Below are positions 38,441-48,028 of a stretch of 64,000 nt of DNA, piece after piece. The stretch is from a virus (lineage: Duplodnaviria > Caudoviricetes): positions 1-64,000 of IMG/VR virus record IMGVR_UViG_3300037310_000564, one strand, 5' to 3'. Below the pieces are notes generated by a model. That model did not search any database. It worked only from the letters and a program-made list of their open reading frames with translations, and was not told where the DNA came from. Numbering within the stretch: the first letter of the stretch is position 1; each line of letters opens with the position of its first letter. A program made the translations under genes and the position numbers.

Positions 38441-39282
38441 ACACCAACAAACCAACAATTAACACTTTGCACAAAATGAGACTTAAATGCCTGACTTTGT
38501 GCCATTTTTTTCGCTTCAAGGTTAGCTATGCGCTCAGACAAAGTTTGAGAAATATTTAGCTGCGATGATTGCGACACACCATCAATCCCAACCACCACAC
38601 CATTAGTAGGAAACAATACCGGCAAAACATCAACCAACATTCTCCATGTAGCCCAGCTCTCTATAAGGTCGGCCACCATATATGGCAAATGGTCATGTGG
38701 GAATCCCGCCTTATAAATGATCTGTATTGACTCAGGACGATAGGTATTGGTGTATCCAACCAAACCGCCTGGCCCAAAGCCCGTGGGTATGGAAGTGTTT
38801 GAATTTACATAATATGTCCCAGAATATCCTGAGCCAGGCAAAATATTGACTTTATTTTGCCTAAGGGATAGCCATGATGGAGGGATTTGCTGAACTTTAT
38901 AGTTATCCTGAGTATTTACATGTGCGTATTTATACTCATAAGAAATAATTTGTGTTGCCGGCCATTGAGGCAGCTGATGTCCTGAAAAACGACGGTCTTG
39001 ATCTGGGTACCAATCTTCGGAATGAAAGTGCTGAACTTCAGACAAATTACACCCAAGAGACATCTCAATCTCTACAACAGCAGAATTCAATGCCTTAGCC
39101 GCCAACTCCATCGGTATGACTTCTCCAGTTAGCGGGAGTGTCTTAGGGATTCCTAATAGAGCTGAATCATAAACTGATTTTGGCGTAGGGAATGAGGTAA
39201 AGCGCTTAAAGCTGCCCTCAATTGACATTTCCTCAGCAAACAGTGGATACTGATGAAATGGATGTGACTTATAATCCTGCAT
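38437..39282 (-). CDS. Head-tail adaptor/neck protein
   Basis: IQIIYKAGF..LP..VADLI...GIDGVSQS pattern; located in the head-tail cluster. Confidence 0.65.
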   Translation of the reverse strand: MQDYKSHPFHQYPLFAEEMSIEGSFKRFTSFPTPKSVYDSALLGIPKTLPLTGEVIPMELAAKALNSAVVEIEMSLGCNLSEVQHFHSEDWYPDQDRRFSGHQLPQWPATQIISYEYKYAHVNTQDNYKVQQIPPSWLSLRQNKVNILPGSGYSGTYYVNSNTSIPTGFGPGGLVGYTNTYRPESIQIIYKAGFPHDHLPYMVADLIESWATWRMLVDVLPVLFPTNGVVVGIDGVSQSSQLNISQTLSERIANLEAKKMAQSQAFKSHFVQSVNCWFVGV

Positions 39283-39283
39283 T

Positions 39284-39709
39284 TTAGAATCCTGGTGATG
39301 TAAGTTGTCGAGATATCAAGTGGTTTTGGACCCATACAGTCGTGGTCCCACTTTCCACCAACTGAAACTTTACCGTCCCTGATAGTATCTTAGTGGATTC
39401 ATCGGCAGTTAAAGCAAAGCTTAGCATGGATCGATCACTGGTATTAAAGGCTGCTATTTTAGTGATTGATTGTGCTGTATTGGTTGGTACTCCAAAAGAG
39501 ACAGAATTCGAAATTAAGTCCGCTCTTTGGAAAATAACACTAAGCGCTGATCCTGAGGCAGCGATATAACGACGCTCCCCCAGGCTGTCGGAAATCAGTA
39601 GTTGAAACCATAGCGTCACAGCGTTAGGAACAGTAATTTTCCAACTTTCTTGTGGCGCAAAAAAGTTTGGCGCTGAAATAACATCTAGTGGTTGTGCGAT
39701 AAAAGTCAT
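39284..39709 (-). CDS. Hypothetical structural protein
   Basis: Beta-rich 141 aa in the head operon. Confidence 0.6.
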   Translation of the reverse strand: MTFIAQPLDVISAPNFFAPQESWKITVPNAVTLWFQLLISDSLGERRYIAASGSALSVIFQRADLISNSVSFGVPTNTAQSITKIAAFNTSDRSMLSFALTADESTKILSGTVKFQLVESGTTTVWVQNHLISRQLTSPGF

Positions 39710-39724
39710 AATAATCTCACTTGC

Positions 39725-41218
39725 TTAGTCTTTAACGACTGTTTTCTTGGCCTTAGGTTCGGTTTGTTTTTTATAAGCCATGATGAACATTTTGACCATG
39801 TCACATAAGCGATGATCAGGGCCTGTGCTTGACAAGGCTTCTTGATCTTTGGTAATATCGTCATCTTTTTTAAGCTTTGTCTTCCATACGGGCTCTGATT
39901 TTGGTGATGATAAATCCTTATAATTAATCACATTTTTTGAAGCTGTTGGTTTTATGGAGCTCATATCTTTGTAATTAAGTGTTGGCGTCATGTCGTGAAA
40001 CAGTTGTTTATCACCCTTGGCAGAAAGAGGGTCGATACCTTTAACCCTGGGAGAATCTGACTTTTTCAATTCCACTGTATGAGCCTGAGACGCAACTTCT
40101 TGAGTCTTATTTCTGACCCTTTCTTTTGGAGCCTCGTTTTTGATATTGCCGGAATGGTCCCAAACAACAAACCCAGATTTGTCGGATTTACCCTCTCCCT
40201 TGGCCTTTAAACCAACAACCTTTCCACCCTTCTCATCCAAGAACCTAAGGTCGTGTTCATCCCCTGAGATGACAGGAAATCCATGCCATTCCTTGGGCAA
40301 CTCCTTTCCACCAAAAACCACAGCAGCATTATGGCCATGAGAAAGGACCTTCTTTACCATATGCTCGTTGGATTCAGACCTTGAAAATGTAAGATGGTAA
40401 TTTGGATGATTATTTTTCATAACCCGATCAGGTCTTTTAGTGTAATCATAGAACTGAACATTAGGAAAAGCCTCAAAAATGTTTTTACCACCAAGGTGTG
40501 GCAATTGCATTTTTTCCCACGCGAGATCAGACGTTCCGTTTAACCTAACCACAGGAATTGCACCCGCTTGATCAGCCGCACTAACAGTTTTGTGGATGTC
40601 ATTCAGCAAATCTGTAAAAAAACCATGAGGATCTTGGACTAGCCTCTTTGTTTTTTGAATCCTGGCCTTTTGAATGGTATTGATAGGAGCATCCTCGGTA
40701 AACATTCCGCCACGACCAGCTGTATTTAAGCAAGCGTCTTTACAGCCATCTGATGCTGCCATACATACATTCCCAACACCGGCCAACGATGACGGTGCAA
40801 GGTGGAGAATTGCTGAGACATAGCCACCAACATGTGCATTTTTTGCCGTTTTGGCATTACTTTCCATGTTGGTAAGTATTTTATAACTTGGCGATATTGC
40901 AGCAGTTCTTTTAGGAGGAGTGTATGGTTTAGCTGAATTTTCTTGACTAAGCCTGTCCTGAACAGAATCTTCAATAAATTTGCGTTGTTGCATTTCTTTA
41001 ATTGGATTGTCCGCCTTTTGAAGGGGGCTTTGATGCAACTTCCGTTTTAGATACTCTTCTAGTAAGAGCTCCATCATCAAATCTTTATGCGACAACTCAG
41101 GATCATGCCATGGCTCTTTTGGAGCTAGGATCATCGGGATGAGTTTTTTTAAAATCTCTTGCACTAGAATGCTCCAGTAAAACGTTCTGATTGGCCCAGC
41201 GTGAATAAAAATCGCCAC
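39725..41218 (-). CDS. Head-module protein containing a Gp88-like (radical-SAM-like, CX6CX3C) domain
   Basis: LAPSSLAGVGNVCMAASDGCKDACLNTAGRG, VRLNGTSD, QFYDYTK, NYHLTFSRSE, GDEHDLRFLD, VGLKAKG. True start uncertain. Confidence 0.75.
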   Translation of the reverse strand: MAIFIHAGPIRTFYWSILVQEILKKLIPMILAPKEPWHDPELSHKDLMMELLLEEYLKRKLHQSPLQKADNPIKEMQQRKFIEDSVQDRLSQENSAKPYTPPKRTAAISPSYKILTNMESNAKTAKNAHVGGYVSAILHLAPSSLAGVGNVCMAASDGCKDACLNTAGRGGMFTEDAPINTIQKARIQKTKRLVQDPHGFFTDLLNDIHKTVSAADQAGAIPVVRLNGTSDLAWEKMQLPHLGGKNIFEAFPNVQFYDYTKRPDRVMKNNHPNYHLTFSRSESNEHMVKKVLSHGHNAAVVFGGKELPKEWHGFPVISGDEHDLRFLDEKGGKVVGLKAKGEGKSDKSGFVVWDHSGNIKNEAPKERVRNKTQEVASQAHTVELKKSDSPRVKGIDPLSAKGDKQLFHDMTPTLNYKDMSSIKPTASKNVINYKDLSSPKSEPVWKTKLKKDDDITKDQEALSSTGPDHRLCDMVKMFIMAYKKQTEPKAKKTVVKD

Positions 41219-41337
41219 ATTAATTTTATCAAAGCGGGGAGCATTATAAAAAGAAAAAGGATTTGCTCAGTACAAGCAAATCCTTAAAAACAAACAACAA
41301 AGGCACAAATGAGTGGCTGACCAAATCAGCCCATCAT

Positions 41338-42066
41338 TTATTTTTTCTCAGGAATTTTAAGCCCAAGAGTTTGGATGTGCTGAACAATCGCAGCAACCTC
41401 TTCATCGGTCCGGCATCGAGCAACCTTGGCCAACAATCCAGAATTGACTTTAAGGTTCCCGTTTCGCTGTTCGTTTAACAAAAACTTACTTACATCAGAT
41501 TTTGCTAACTTTTCAGCCATTGGGGGATTTTTTTCTCGAACAACCACTTCAGATGAATTAGATGCTGGCATTTGGGTTTTCAAGTTGACTGTTGGTTTGG
41601 CAACAGGAGCAGGAGCAGCAATGGATTTTTCCAATTTTTGCTCAAGTTTTTCAACTTGTTTCGCCAATGCACCAATGGATTTCATGAGCATGTCATAGTT
41701 TTTATCCATTGGGGCAGCGCCTGCAGCAGCAGACTTTCGCTTTTCCATCTCTGCCACAAAGGTATCGATAAGCTTTTGAAGGTCTTCGTCAGACATTGAA
41801 GCCATGTGGGCTGCCATGTCTGCCATAGGATCTTCTTTTGCTTCATCGTGTGGGGCAGGAGCTTCACCCTCTGGAGCAGGAGCAGGAGCGGGAGCTTCAC
41901 CTTCTGGAGCAGGAGCGGGAGCTTCAGGGGAAGGAGCAGGAGCTTCTTTATCCTCGTCTTCCTTGTCTATTGCCGACTTAGCTAATTTTTCAATTTCACC
42001 CAAGGTATCAATGACCGCACCTATTACTTCTTGGTAAGATGCTGGTTTTTTGTTTTTAGTTGTCAT
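41338..42066 (-). CDS. Putative capsid scaffolding protein
   Basis: Acidic/Pro-rich with a coiled coil and four L-x-K-S sites; located in the head module. Confidence 0.6.
   Translation of the reverse strand: MTTKNKKPASYQEVIGAVIDTLGEIEKLAKSAIDKEDEDKEAPAPSPEAPAPAPEGEAPAPAPAPEGEAPAPHDEAKEDPMADMAAHMASMSDEDLQKLIDTFVAEMEKRKSAAAGAAPMDKNYDMLMKSIGALAKQVEKLEQKLEKSIAAPAPVAKPTVNLKTQMPASNSSEVVVREKNPPMAEKLAKSDVSKFLLNEQRNGNLKVNSGLLAKVARCRTDEEVAAIVQHIQTLGLKIPEKK
41846..41946. repeat. APAP(EGE) coding microrepeats in the scaffold gene
   Basis: Repeated GGAGCAGGAGC / GGAGCTTCACC units. Confidence 0.85.
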
Positions 42067-42095
42067 GGCGGTTTCCCTCTAATTTTGTTTAACTA

Positions 42096-42608
42096 TTAGA
42101 TCCCACCGACATAAGATACGCCACCATAAGGTGCGTACAAGCCAGCAGAGGTAAAGGATGCGTCAGCCACTCCGCCATTCACACCTTGTAGAACAGGCTC
42201 AGTATCGTTGGCACAATAAAAAAGCTCGTAAGGTGCGCCATTTTGACCAAGCAAAACATGTTGAAGCACTCGCTGGAACTTATGTTGAGTACCAGTATAG
42301 TCTTCTGGGGTTTCAAAATAAACTTTAAAAGAACTTGAACCATCAATGAATTGACCAGCTCGATGTGATTGTGTGCGGTAAGCATCACCACCAACAACTC
42401 CAGGCTCAGCCAAAAGGATTACCCTTCGGTTATTGTCTGCCCAGGTAGAGCTGTCCAGATCTAGAACAGCGGCAACTTTGCCAATGTTGGCACCTGCAGT
42501 TACCGTACCTTGCCATACGATGATATCGGATAGCGCGATCGTGGCACCTGTAAGCCTTTTAAGTTGATCAGGCAAGGTTTTGATAAACGATTGTAATCGC
42601 GTAGACAT
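42096..42608 (-). CDS. Hypothetical structural protein
   Basis: GGAG RBS; in the head operon. Confidence 0.6.
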   Translation of the reverse strand: MSTRLQSFIKTLPDQLKRLTGATIALSDIIVWQGTVTAGANIGKVAAVLDLDSSTWADNNRRVILLAEPGVVGGDAYRTQSHRAGQFIDGSSSFKVYFETPEDYTGTQHKFQRVLQHVLLGQNGAPYELFYCANDTEPVLQGVNGGVADASFTSAGLYAPYGGVSYVGGI

Positions 42609-42654
42609 TTGTAAAACTCCAAAAAGAAAAAAGTAATATACCCTTTGTTTATTG

Positions 42655-43134
42655 TTATGGCTTGATGTAAGCCAACATAACCCTAATTTTACCAGCAGTT
42701 AAGGCGGCGCCAGCAATCACAACTTCCAAATTTCCACCATTGACGGTTTTAATTGGTAAGCCTGTTTGAGCATCCAAGCCGGTTAAGGATGCGTCGTTAA
42801 ATGCTGTTGCGGCTTTTAATACATCTGATCCTACCTCAATTGCCACCGTGGCAGCGCCGCCGGATGTTAGTGAGGTGAGAGCATCTGTATATAATTGAGT
42901 CACAATAGATCCTGCTGGCAAACTTTTACCCAAACTGATAGTGCCTACTGCTCCACCCATAGATGCAAAATCATAAGTCGCTTCAATCATTACCAATTTA
43001 GATGCATAGGCAACATCTAAAGCGTCGCCCAACATAGGGTTGGACTTGGTCAGAGGCAGCCCTGGCAGCCGAAGAGCTATTTGCGTATCAGCAAATTTGT
43101 TTAGTATTGACTTTATGTTTGCTGGAAGGCTCAT
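42655..43134 (-). CDS. Putative head decoration protein
   Basis: ATYDFAS..GAVGTISLG..LPAGSIV...TSGGAATVAI...AALTAGKIRV, a decoration-like beta-sandwich. Confidence 0.55.
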   Translation of the reverse strand: MSLPANIKSILNKFADTQIALRLPGLPLTKSNPMLGDALDVAYASKLVMIEATYDFASMGGAVGTISLGKSLPAGSIVTQLYTDALTSLTSGGAATVAIEVGSDVLKAATAFNDASLTGLDAQTGLPIKTVNGGNLEVVIAGAALTAGKIRVMLAYIKP

Positions 43135-43276
43135 TTTTTATCTCCACCCTTATGCTTTAAAAAGGTAACTATGTATTTTAACTGAAAGAATCCTAACAAA
43201 CATGGTGCGCAATAAAGACGCACGACTGCGAAGATTCGGCACAATGAAGATTTTATCATAAGCAAGAACTTTGAAG

Positions 43277-43303
43277 TTAAGTTTTTTGGAATAATGCCGA
43301 TAG
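43277..43303 (+). promoter_or_regulatory. sigma28-like promoter
   Basis: TTAAGTTT-N11-GCCGATAG. Confidence 0.7.
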
Positions 43304-43361
43304 TGAGATTATTACACGGGCAATGGATGGACAACACTTTAACAGAATGGATAGACAAAGA

Positions 43362-43460
43362 ATGAAAACAGCAATTACCGCTTATGCATTAATGGCTCTG
43401 TCAGTTATGGCTGGGTATTTTTTAGCCTATGGTGTCTATGTGACATTTTTAACACCATAG
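43362..43460 (+). CDS. 32-aa hydrophobic peptide
   Basis: Not in the track; MKTAITAYALMALSVMAGYFLAYGVYVTFLTP, downstream of a sigma28-like site. An in-frame ATG at 43323 is also possible. Confidence 0.45.
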   Translation: MKTAITAYALMALSVMAGYFLAYGVYVTFLTP

Positions 43461-43473
43461 GCGCATTTAGGAT

Positions 43474-45345
43474 TTATTTGATAGGACAGGCCCCGCCCTC
43501 ACAATCATCAACAGAAGATGCCCCAGATAAAAACATAGCCTCAACATCCACTTCTTTCAGTTTGCTGCTTTTCTCCTCAAACACTTCTTTGGTAATAGCT
43601 TCCCATGGTGCCTGTTTGAACCCATGGTCATTATGACACAGAAAAGAAATGGTTTTTAGTTTGCTGTAATTATCTGCAAGCCATTGTTTTATAAAAGGAA
43701 TTTCTTCTTTTCGATAATAAACCGTCACGGAAACGGCTTGGTCAGACCAACACTCTTGGGCCATAAGCAAGGTATCGAGCTGTTTTTGCAAAGTCCATCC
43801 CTCGTCTACACAAGGAACAACATCTGGAACTTGTTCATAAAAATCAAATACTTGAGTATTGTGATTAAGAGATCCATCAAACTTAACCTCGGGTTCGCTA
43901 TAATATCCGGCCGCCTTCAGGATCGGAACAAGGCGGTCGTTTGATGCCAACCTTACTCGCTGGATCATATACCGAGAATATCCACCATGGATACCAGCCG
44001 ACCATAAATGATCAAAAACCTTACTTAAGGTCCCGCTTGGCTTAATCACAGTAGTCCGAATGGATTCAGGTTGGTTAAGTTGCTTAGAATATTCGTAATT
44101 TTCCTTTTGAATGACTTTGTATACCCTATCAAGAACCTGTTTATTGAACAGGTCTGGTCTAGCCAGACATCCTGTTATGCCAACGCCCACTCTTTGATTT
44201 TTAGAAATGATGGCATGGCAGTTCTCGTGATGGTAGTTTTCCAAGGCCACCCTTTTTGCATAACGGAAACCTAGTGTGGCCGCCAGCTCAAAATCCACGA
44301 CCGAATTTAGATTTGGTAGGGAGATCTCAAAAAGATTGCAACTTTCTCCATCCTCTAAGGTTGCTTCGGCACATGGATTAACCCCAACAGCATCATCATT
44401 CTTTAGTTCACCCATCCTTCCATATTTTTGCATATTCTTTCGGTTACATAGTCCAATAGGCTCTCCATTTAAATAAGATTCCCAAAACAGGGGATGGAGA
44501 TCTTCAACGTTCTCAGCAACTACGCTCCAGTTGCCCATGGCTCTTTCTGTAGGAAGGGTTCCAAGATCCCACCTTTTACACTTCAGGTATTCTTTATCCC
44601 ATGGATCTCCTAGGAGGAGGAGTGCTGATCTGCGTATGTTTCCTGAAACGATCAGCTCGCCGGTGCAGCAAATCAAGTCGGCGACATCAATGGGTCGTAA
44701 ATGTTTTTTCCCCCTGGCTTGCAAAATTCTACACACCTTTTCAACAAAAAGATGCATGGCCATTGGCCCTGAAGATACGCCACCAAATCCTTTTATAGGC
44801 TCGCCGGCGCCCCGAATACATACCGTGCTATATGAGAAGCTTTTCCCTGTAATAAAGAAAGATTCCAAAATCTTCTTTGTGAGCTCACACCAACCCTCTC
44901 GGGAGTCAGGGACAATAAAGTCAGCGTCCTTGGTGTTCTTCAAAACAACATTAACACCAGGCTTCACTTTTTTAATTTTGGAAACAAAGCGGTGCTCCAC
45001 CGATGCACCAATCCCACCCCCAAGCATCAAAAGATCTTCAATTGTGACCAGCTTGAAAATATCATCCATAGAAAAATACCAACAATTACATAAGGCTGCT
45101 CCGCCCAAACGACTATGAGTTGTGGTGCCCGACATCCACAGACCGCGTCCAGCGGGCGTACCTTTACGTTTCATCATCAGGTCTGTAAGCAGTTCCCGCT
45201 CATTGATAAAAATATGGTCTGGGTTGCTGGTATTTCCTGCCACGACCCTTTTAGTCATTTGCTCCCAGTTCTCAAAGTATCCATTGTCATTTCTTGAATA
45301 CGTCCTTGCAAACACAAATTTGGCAAAATTAGACCACTGAGTCAT
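43474..45345 (-). CDS. nrdJ: Class II (adenosylcobalamin-dependent) ribonucleotide reductase
   Basis: FARTYSR, PAGRGLW, LCNCW, GNIRRSA, NPCAE, TTVIKPSGT and C-terminal CEGGACPIK. Confidence 0.92.
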   Translation of the reverse strand: MTQWSNFAKFVFARTYSRNDNGYFENWEQMTKRVVAGNTSNPDHIFINERELLTDLMMKRKGTPAGRGLWMSGTTTHSRLGGAALCNCWYFSMDDIFKLVTIEDLLMLGGGIGASVEHRFVSKIKKVKPGVNVVLKNTKDADFIVPDSREGWCELTKKILESFFITGKSFSYSTVCIRGAGEPIKGFGGVSSGPMAMHLFVEKVCRILQARGKKHLRPIDVADLICCTGELIVSGNIRRSALLLLGDPWDKEYLKCKRWDLGTLPTERAMGNWSVVAENVEDLHPLFWESYLNGEPIGLCNRKNMQKYGRMGELKNDDAVGVNPCAEATLEDGESCNLFEISLPNLNSVVDFELAATLGFRYAKRVALENYHHENCHAIISKNQRVGVGITGCLARPDLFNKQVLDRVYKVIQKENYEYSKQLNQPESIRTTVIKPSGTLSKVFDHLWSAGIHGGYSRYMIQRVRLASNDRLVPILKAAGYYSEPEVKFDGSLNHNTQVFDFYEQVPDVVPCVDEGWTLQKQLDTLLMAQECWSDQAVSVTVYYRKEEIPFIKQWLADNYSKLKTISFLCHNDHGFKQAPWEAITKEVFEEKSSKLKEVDVEAMFLSGASSVDDCEGGACPIK

Positions 45346-45385
45346 ACAACCCCTCAACTAAGTTTTTAATATTATTAAGAAATCT

Positions 45386-45715
45386 TTATTTATCTTGATT
45401 TGATACAGCCCAACCACGGTGCCCGCAGCCCAAACAATTAATCATCCTTTTGGACAACAAGACGAATGAATGGACATTATACACACCACAACCTGGACAT
45501 GTCAACTTCTCTGCCTCATTGTCTTTTTTAGCAAAAAGACCGGCAGTCACACCATCCACATAAGCGGCATCCTCATCCACTTCCGCTTCATACATACTAT
45601 TTTCAAAACGCAACAACTGTTTTCGTAAGTGTGCGTTTTCTCTTTTTAATTTTGAATTTTGCTTTCGTAATTCGCGCATTTGTCGGGTTTCCATTTTTTG
45701 CTCAACGGTCTGCAA
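45386..45715 (-). CDS. Coiled-coil / zinc-ribbon hypothetical protein
   Basis: CPGC...CLGC. Confidence 0.65.
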   Translation of the reverse strand: MQTVEQKMETRQMRELRKQNSKLKRENAHLRKQLLRFENSMYEAEVDEDAAYVDGVTAGLFAKKDNEAEKLTCPGCGVYNVHSFVLLSKRMINCLGCGHRGWAVSNQDK

Positions 45716-45839
45716 GGCGCAAACTCCATGGTAAGAGGGTGAAGGGATAAGACGCCATCACAAAATATTTTATCACTGTTTGGCGTACAATCATCACTCA
45801 TAATCATGGATAACACACTGTTTTAATTACAAAATTCAT

Positions 45840-45860
45840 AACTGGCTAATTAGCCGGTTT
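45840..45860. terminator. Palindromic hairpin after 45867
   Basis: GGCTAATTAGCC core with AT-rich flanks. Confidence 0.5.
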
Positions 45861-45866
45861 ATTTTT

Positions 45867-46214
45867 TTAAACTTTGGCGCCCCAGCGACGAAATACGGCT
45901 AAGCATTCAGAAACTGTGCCTGATCCTGAAAACCCCATAGATTTCGCCTCGGCCAAAATGCCAGGAAACCATCTTTCTTGGAACCCAGGAATGAACCTTC
46001 TGGCGGCATCGTGGAGGTCCAACACCTGCTCAGGGACAGGATCGGGAACGACAGCCGGTTGTGGTTGCGGCGCCACATCCGCGACTGGCTCTTCAGACTC
46101 AAAAATGTCCCATGCATCAGAGCTAATCTCATCACCCAGCGGCAGCGTATCCTCTATAGCCGAAGCTGACGTTTTTATTTCTCTTGGTTCTTTCTTTTTA
46201 GCCATTTGTACCAC
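45867..46214 (-). CDS. Hypothetical protein
   Basis: In the neck operon. Confidence 0.6.
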   Translation of the reverse strand: MVQMAKKKEPREIKTSASAIEDTLPLGDEISSDAWDIFESEEPVADVAPQPQPAVVPDPVPEQVLDLHDAARRFIPGFQERWFPGILAEAKSMGFSGSGTVSECLAVFRRWGAKV

Positions 46215-46378
46215 CCTAATGAAACAATATTTGATGATTCTTCAGTGTCAACATCCTCATCACGATCAATGTCATAATAAGGAATTAACTCCACTAGACC
46301 CTCTTCATCCTCACCCAAAACATACTCCGGGAAAACCTCTAAAGCAAAGTATTTCTTTTTTTTGCTATAAAAATCCAT
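46175..46378 (-). CDS. Acidic hypothetical protein
   Basis: Follows 46382 by 3 nt. Confidence 0.5.
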   Translation of the reverse strand: MDFYSKKKKYFALEVFPEYVLGEDEEGLVELIPYYDIDRDEDVDTEESSNIVSLGWYKWLKRKNQEK

Positions 46379-46381
46379 ACA

Positions 46382-47278
46382 TTAGCCAAGAGGAACATCG
46401 GATTTACCAGGAGATGTGGCAATCCACTCAATTGTCATTCTGCTAGTACGATCCGTTGCGTTTCTTTCTCCCTCAATCCAAGCATCGACGAACAAACCAC
46501 TGATACTGATCATTGACTCAAACCGCATTAGGTCAGTGTCCACTAACTGACAAGCAGAATAAGAAAAAGTTGGATTATACAATCCATAACTAATTAATTG
46601 CATTCGTGATCTTTTTAAAATATACCTAGTCATGACTGAATATAAACGATGCACTGAAGGATCGCCGTGGGTAAGCAAAGAGAGGGACACCTGAACATCA
46701 TCCATTGACTGCCCAACATCACCGACCACACCTGACACATCACTAAAAGTGCTCCATCCCCTAAGATCAGTTCCTTCTGGCACAACATCCCTTAAACATA
46801 TCATGTAGTTAGAGGTTGTTTTGACCAGCCCAACAATCACGGATGAAAATTGATGATTTCCAATAAACTGCCCAATCCACACGGTTTTTTCTAAATTATA
46901 GGACAAGGGCACAATCAGGCCATCTCTTTCAGCCGTAAATCCCTGGGCCGTAAATGAGGAATACGTGGTGGCGCTGCCCTGCAACTCAGCTATTTCTTGG
47001 GAATACCCAACATCCCCAATGAACTGTTCTTTCTCCCTGCCTTGGGCCTGTACGGCCAAAGAAATTTGATCCTCAGCCTTTAGCTCATGATAAGGGCCAA
47101 TGTAAATCCTATTATTCTTAATAAATTCAACACTTTCTTTAAAAATATGCTCAGAAACCATCAGCGGGCATGACTGATACCCACCTAAAGCAAATCGAAT
47201 ATGGTGTGGATTTTTGGAAACAAAATCAAAACCATCCCTAAGTGTCTGAATTACAATTAAATCAACAATACCAATCAT
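46382..47278 (-). CDS. Putative tail terminator/completion protein
   Basis: VSLSLLTHGDPSVHRLYSVMTRYIL pattern; neck cluster. Confidence 0.5.
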   Translation of the reverse strand: MIGIVDLIVIQTLRDGFDFVSKNPHHIRFALGGYQSCPLMVSEHIFKESVEFIKNNRIYIGPYHELKAEDQISLAVQAQGREKEQFIGDVGYSQEIAELQGSATTYSSFTAQGFTAERDGLIVPLSYNLEKTVWIGQFIGNHQFSSVIVGLVKTTSNYMICLRDVVPEGTDLRGWSTFSDVSGVVGDVGQSMDDVQVSLSLLTHGDPSVHRLYSVMTRYILKRSRMQLISYGLYNPTFSYSACQLVDTDLMRFESMISISGLFVDAWIEGERNATDRTSRMTIEWIATSPGKSDVPLG

Positions 47279-48027
47279 AAATCCCCCAACTTGTCCACTT
47301 CAGCCTTAATATAAGAATCCAGCAAGGTGTCCATGTTTTGTTCTAGCCACCTATCAACCGTTCTCATTATTCTCTTTTCTTCAATTCCGGGATGTTCCCA
47401 TTTGGAAACAGAAAGCGGATTTTCAGACATGGTCCTGAACATCATATACTGCCATGGCTTGTTCTTTTTGGTGGCCATTTCTTGAGCAGAATCAAAAACC
47501 CTAACCCTATGCAGTCCTTGCAAAAATGGATCTCCATGGATAACTTGCTGAGATTCCACCAACTTACCAGACACCCTAGACTTAAGTTGTCGTATTCCAA
47601 ACTTAGGGGCAGCCAGAACCTCATTAATTCGTTTTTGGTAAAAAGCGCCCTTGTCAGTTCCCTTATGATCAGGATTACCAACCTTCGCAGACAAAGGGAT
47701 GGCCATATACCGATATCCCTGCTTAGATATTTTTGCCTTGGGGGACTTTAAATGGCCTTGCTTTAAACTAAACCCGGAGACACCCTTCTCAAGGGCATTG
47801 GCTAGCCAATCATCCTTATCAATATCCACAACTAGAACATAATCATCCAACTTAACAGACACTTTTGACATATAATGGTCTTTAGTATCGTGTAATACTT
47901 TGGCAGCCTCTCGGTCTATTTGCTGACGAGTCAATATAGGCAATACCTGAATAAAGTTGTGAACACCGGTCTTAACGGCATCCACATACTCTACCATAAA
48001 ATCAATTGTGTCTTTTAAGTCCTTCAT
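47275..48027 (-). CDS. Neck protein (HK97 gp10-like)
   Basis: LANALEKG...YRYMAIPL...FRTMSEN...WEHPG. Confidence 0.55.
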   Translation of the reverse strand: MKDLKDTIDFMVEYVDAVKTGVHNFIQVLPILTRQQIDREAAKVLHDTKDHYMSKVSVKLDDYVLVVDIDKDDWLANALEKGVSGFSLKQGHLKSPKAKISKQGYRYMAIPLSAKVGNPDHKGTDKGAFYQKRINEVLAAPKFGIRQLKSRVSGKLVESQQVIHGDPFLQGLHRVRVFDSAQEMATKKNKPWQYMMFRTMSENPLSVSKWEHPGIEEKRIMRTVDRWLEQNMDTLLDSYIKAEVDKLGDL

Positions 48028-48028
48028 T

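Noticed and set aside
43131-43358. 75-aa minus-strand ORF
   Set aside because: No RBS or recognisable motif, and it overlaps promoter-like sites on both strands; probably spurious despite the ATGA overlap.
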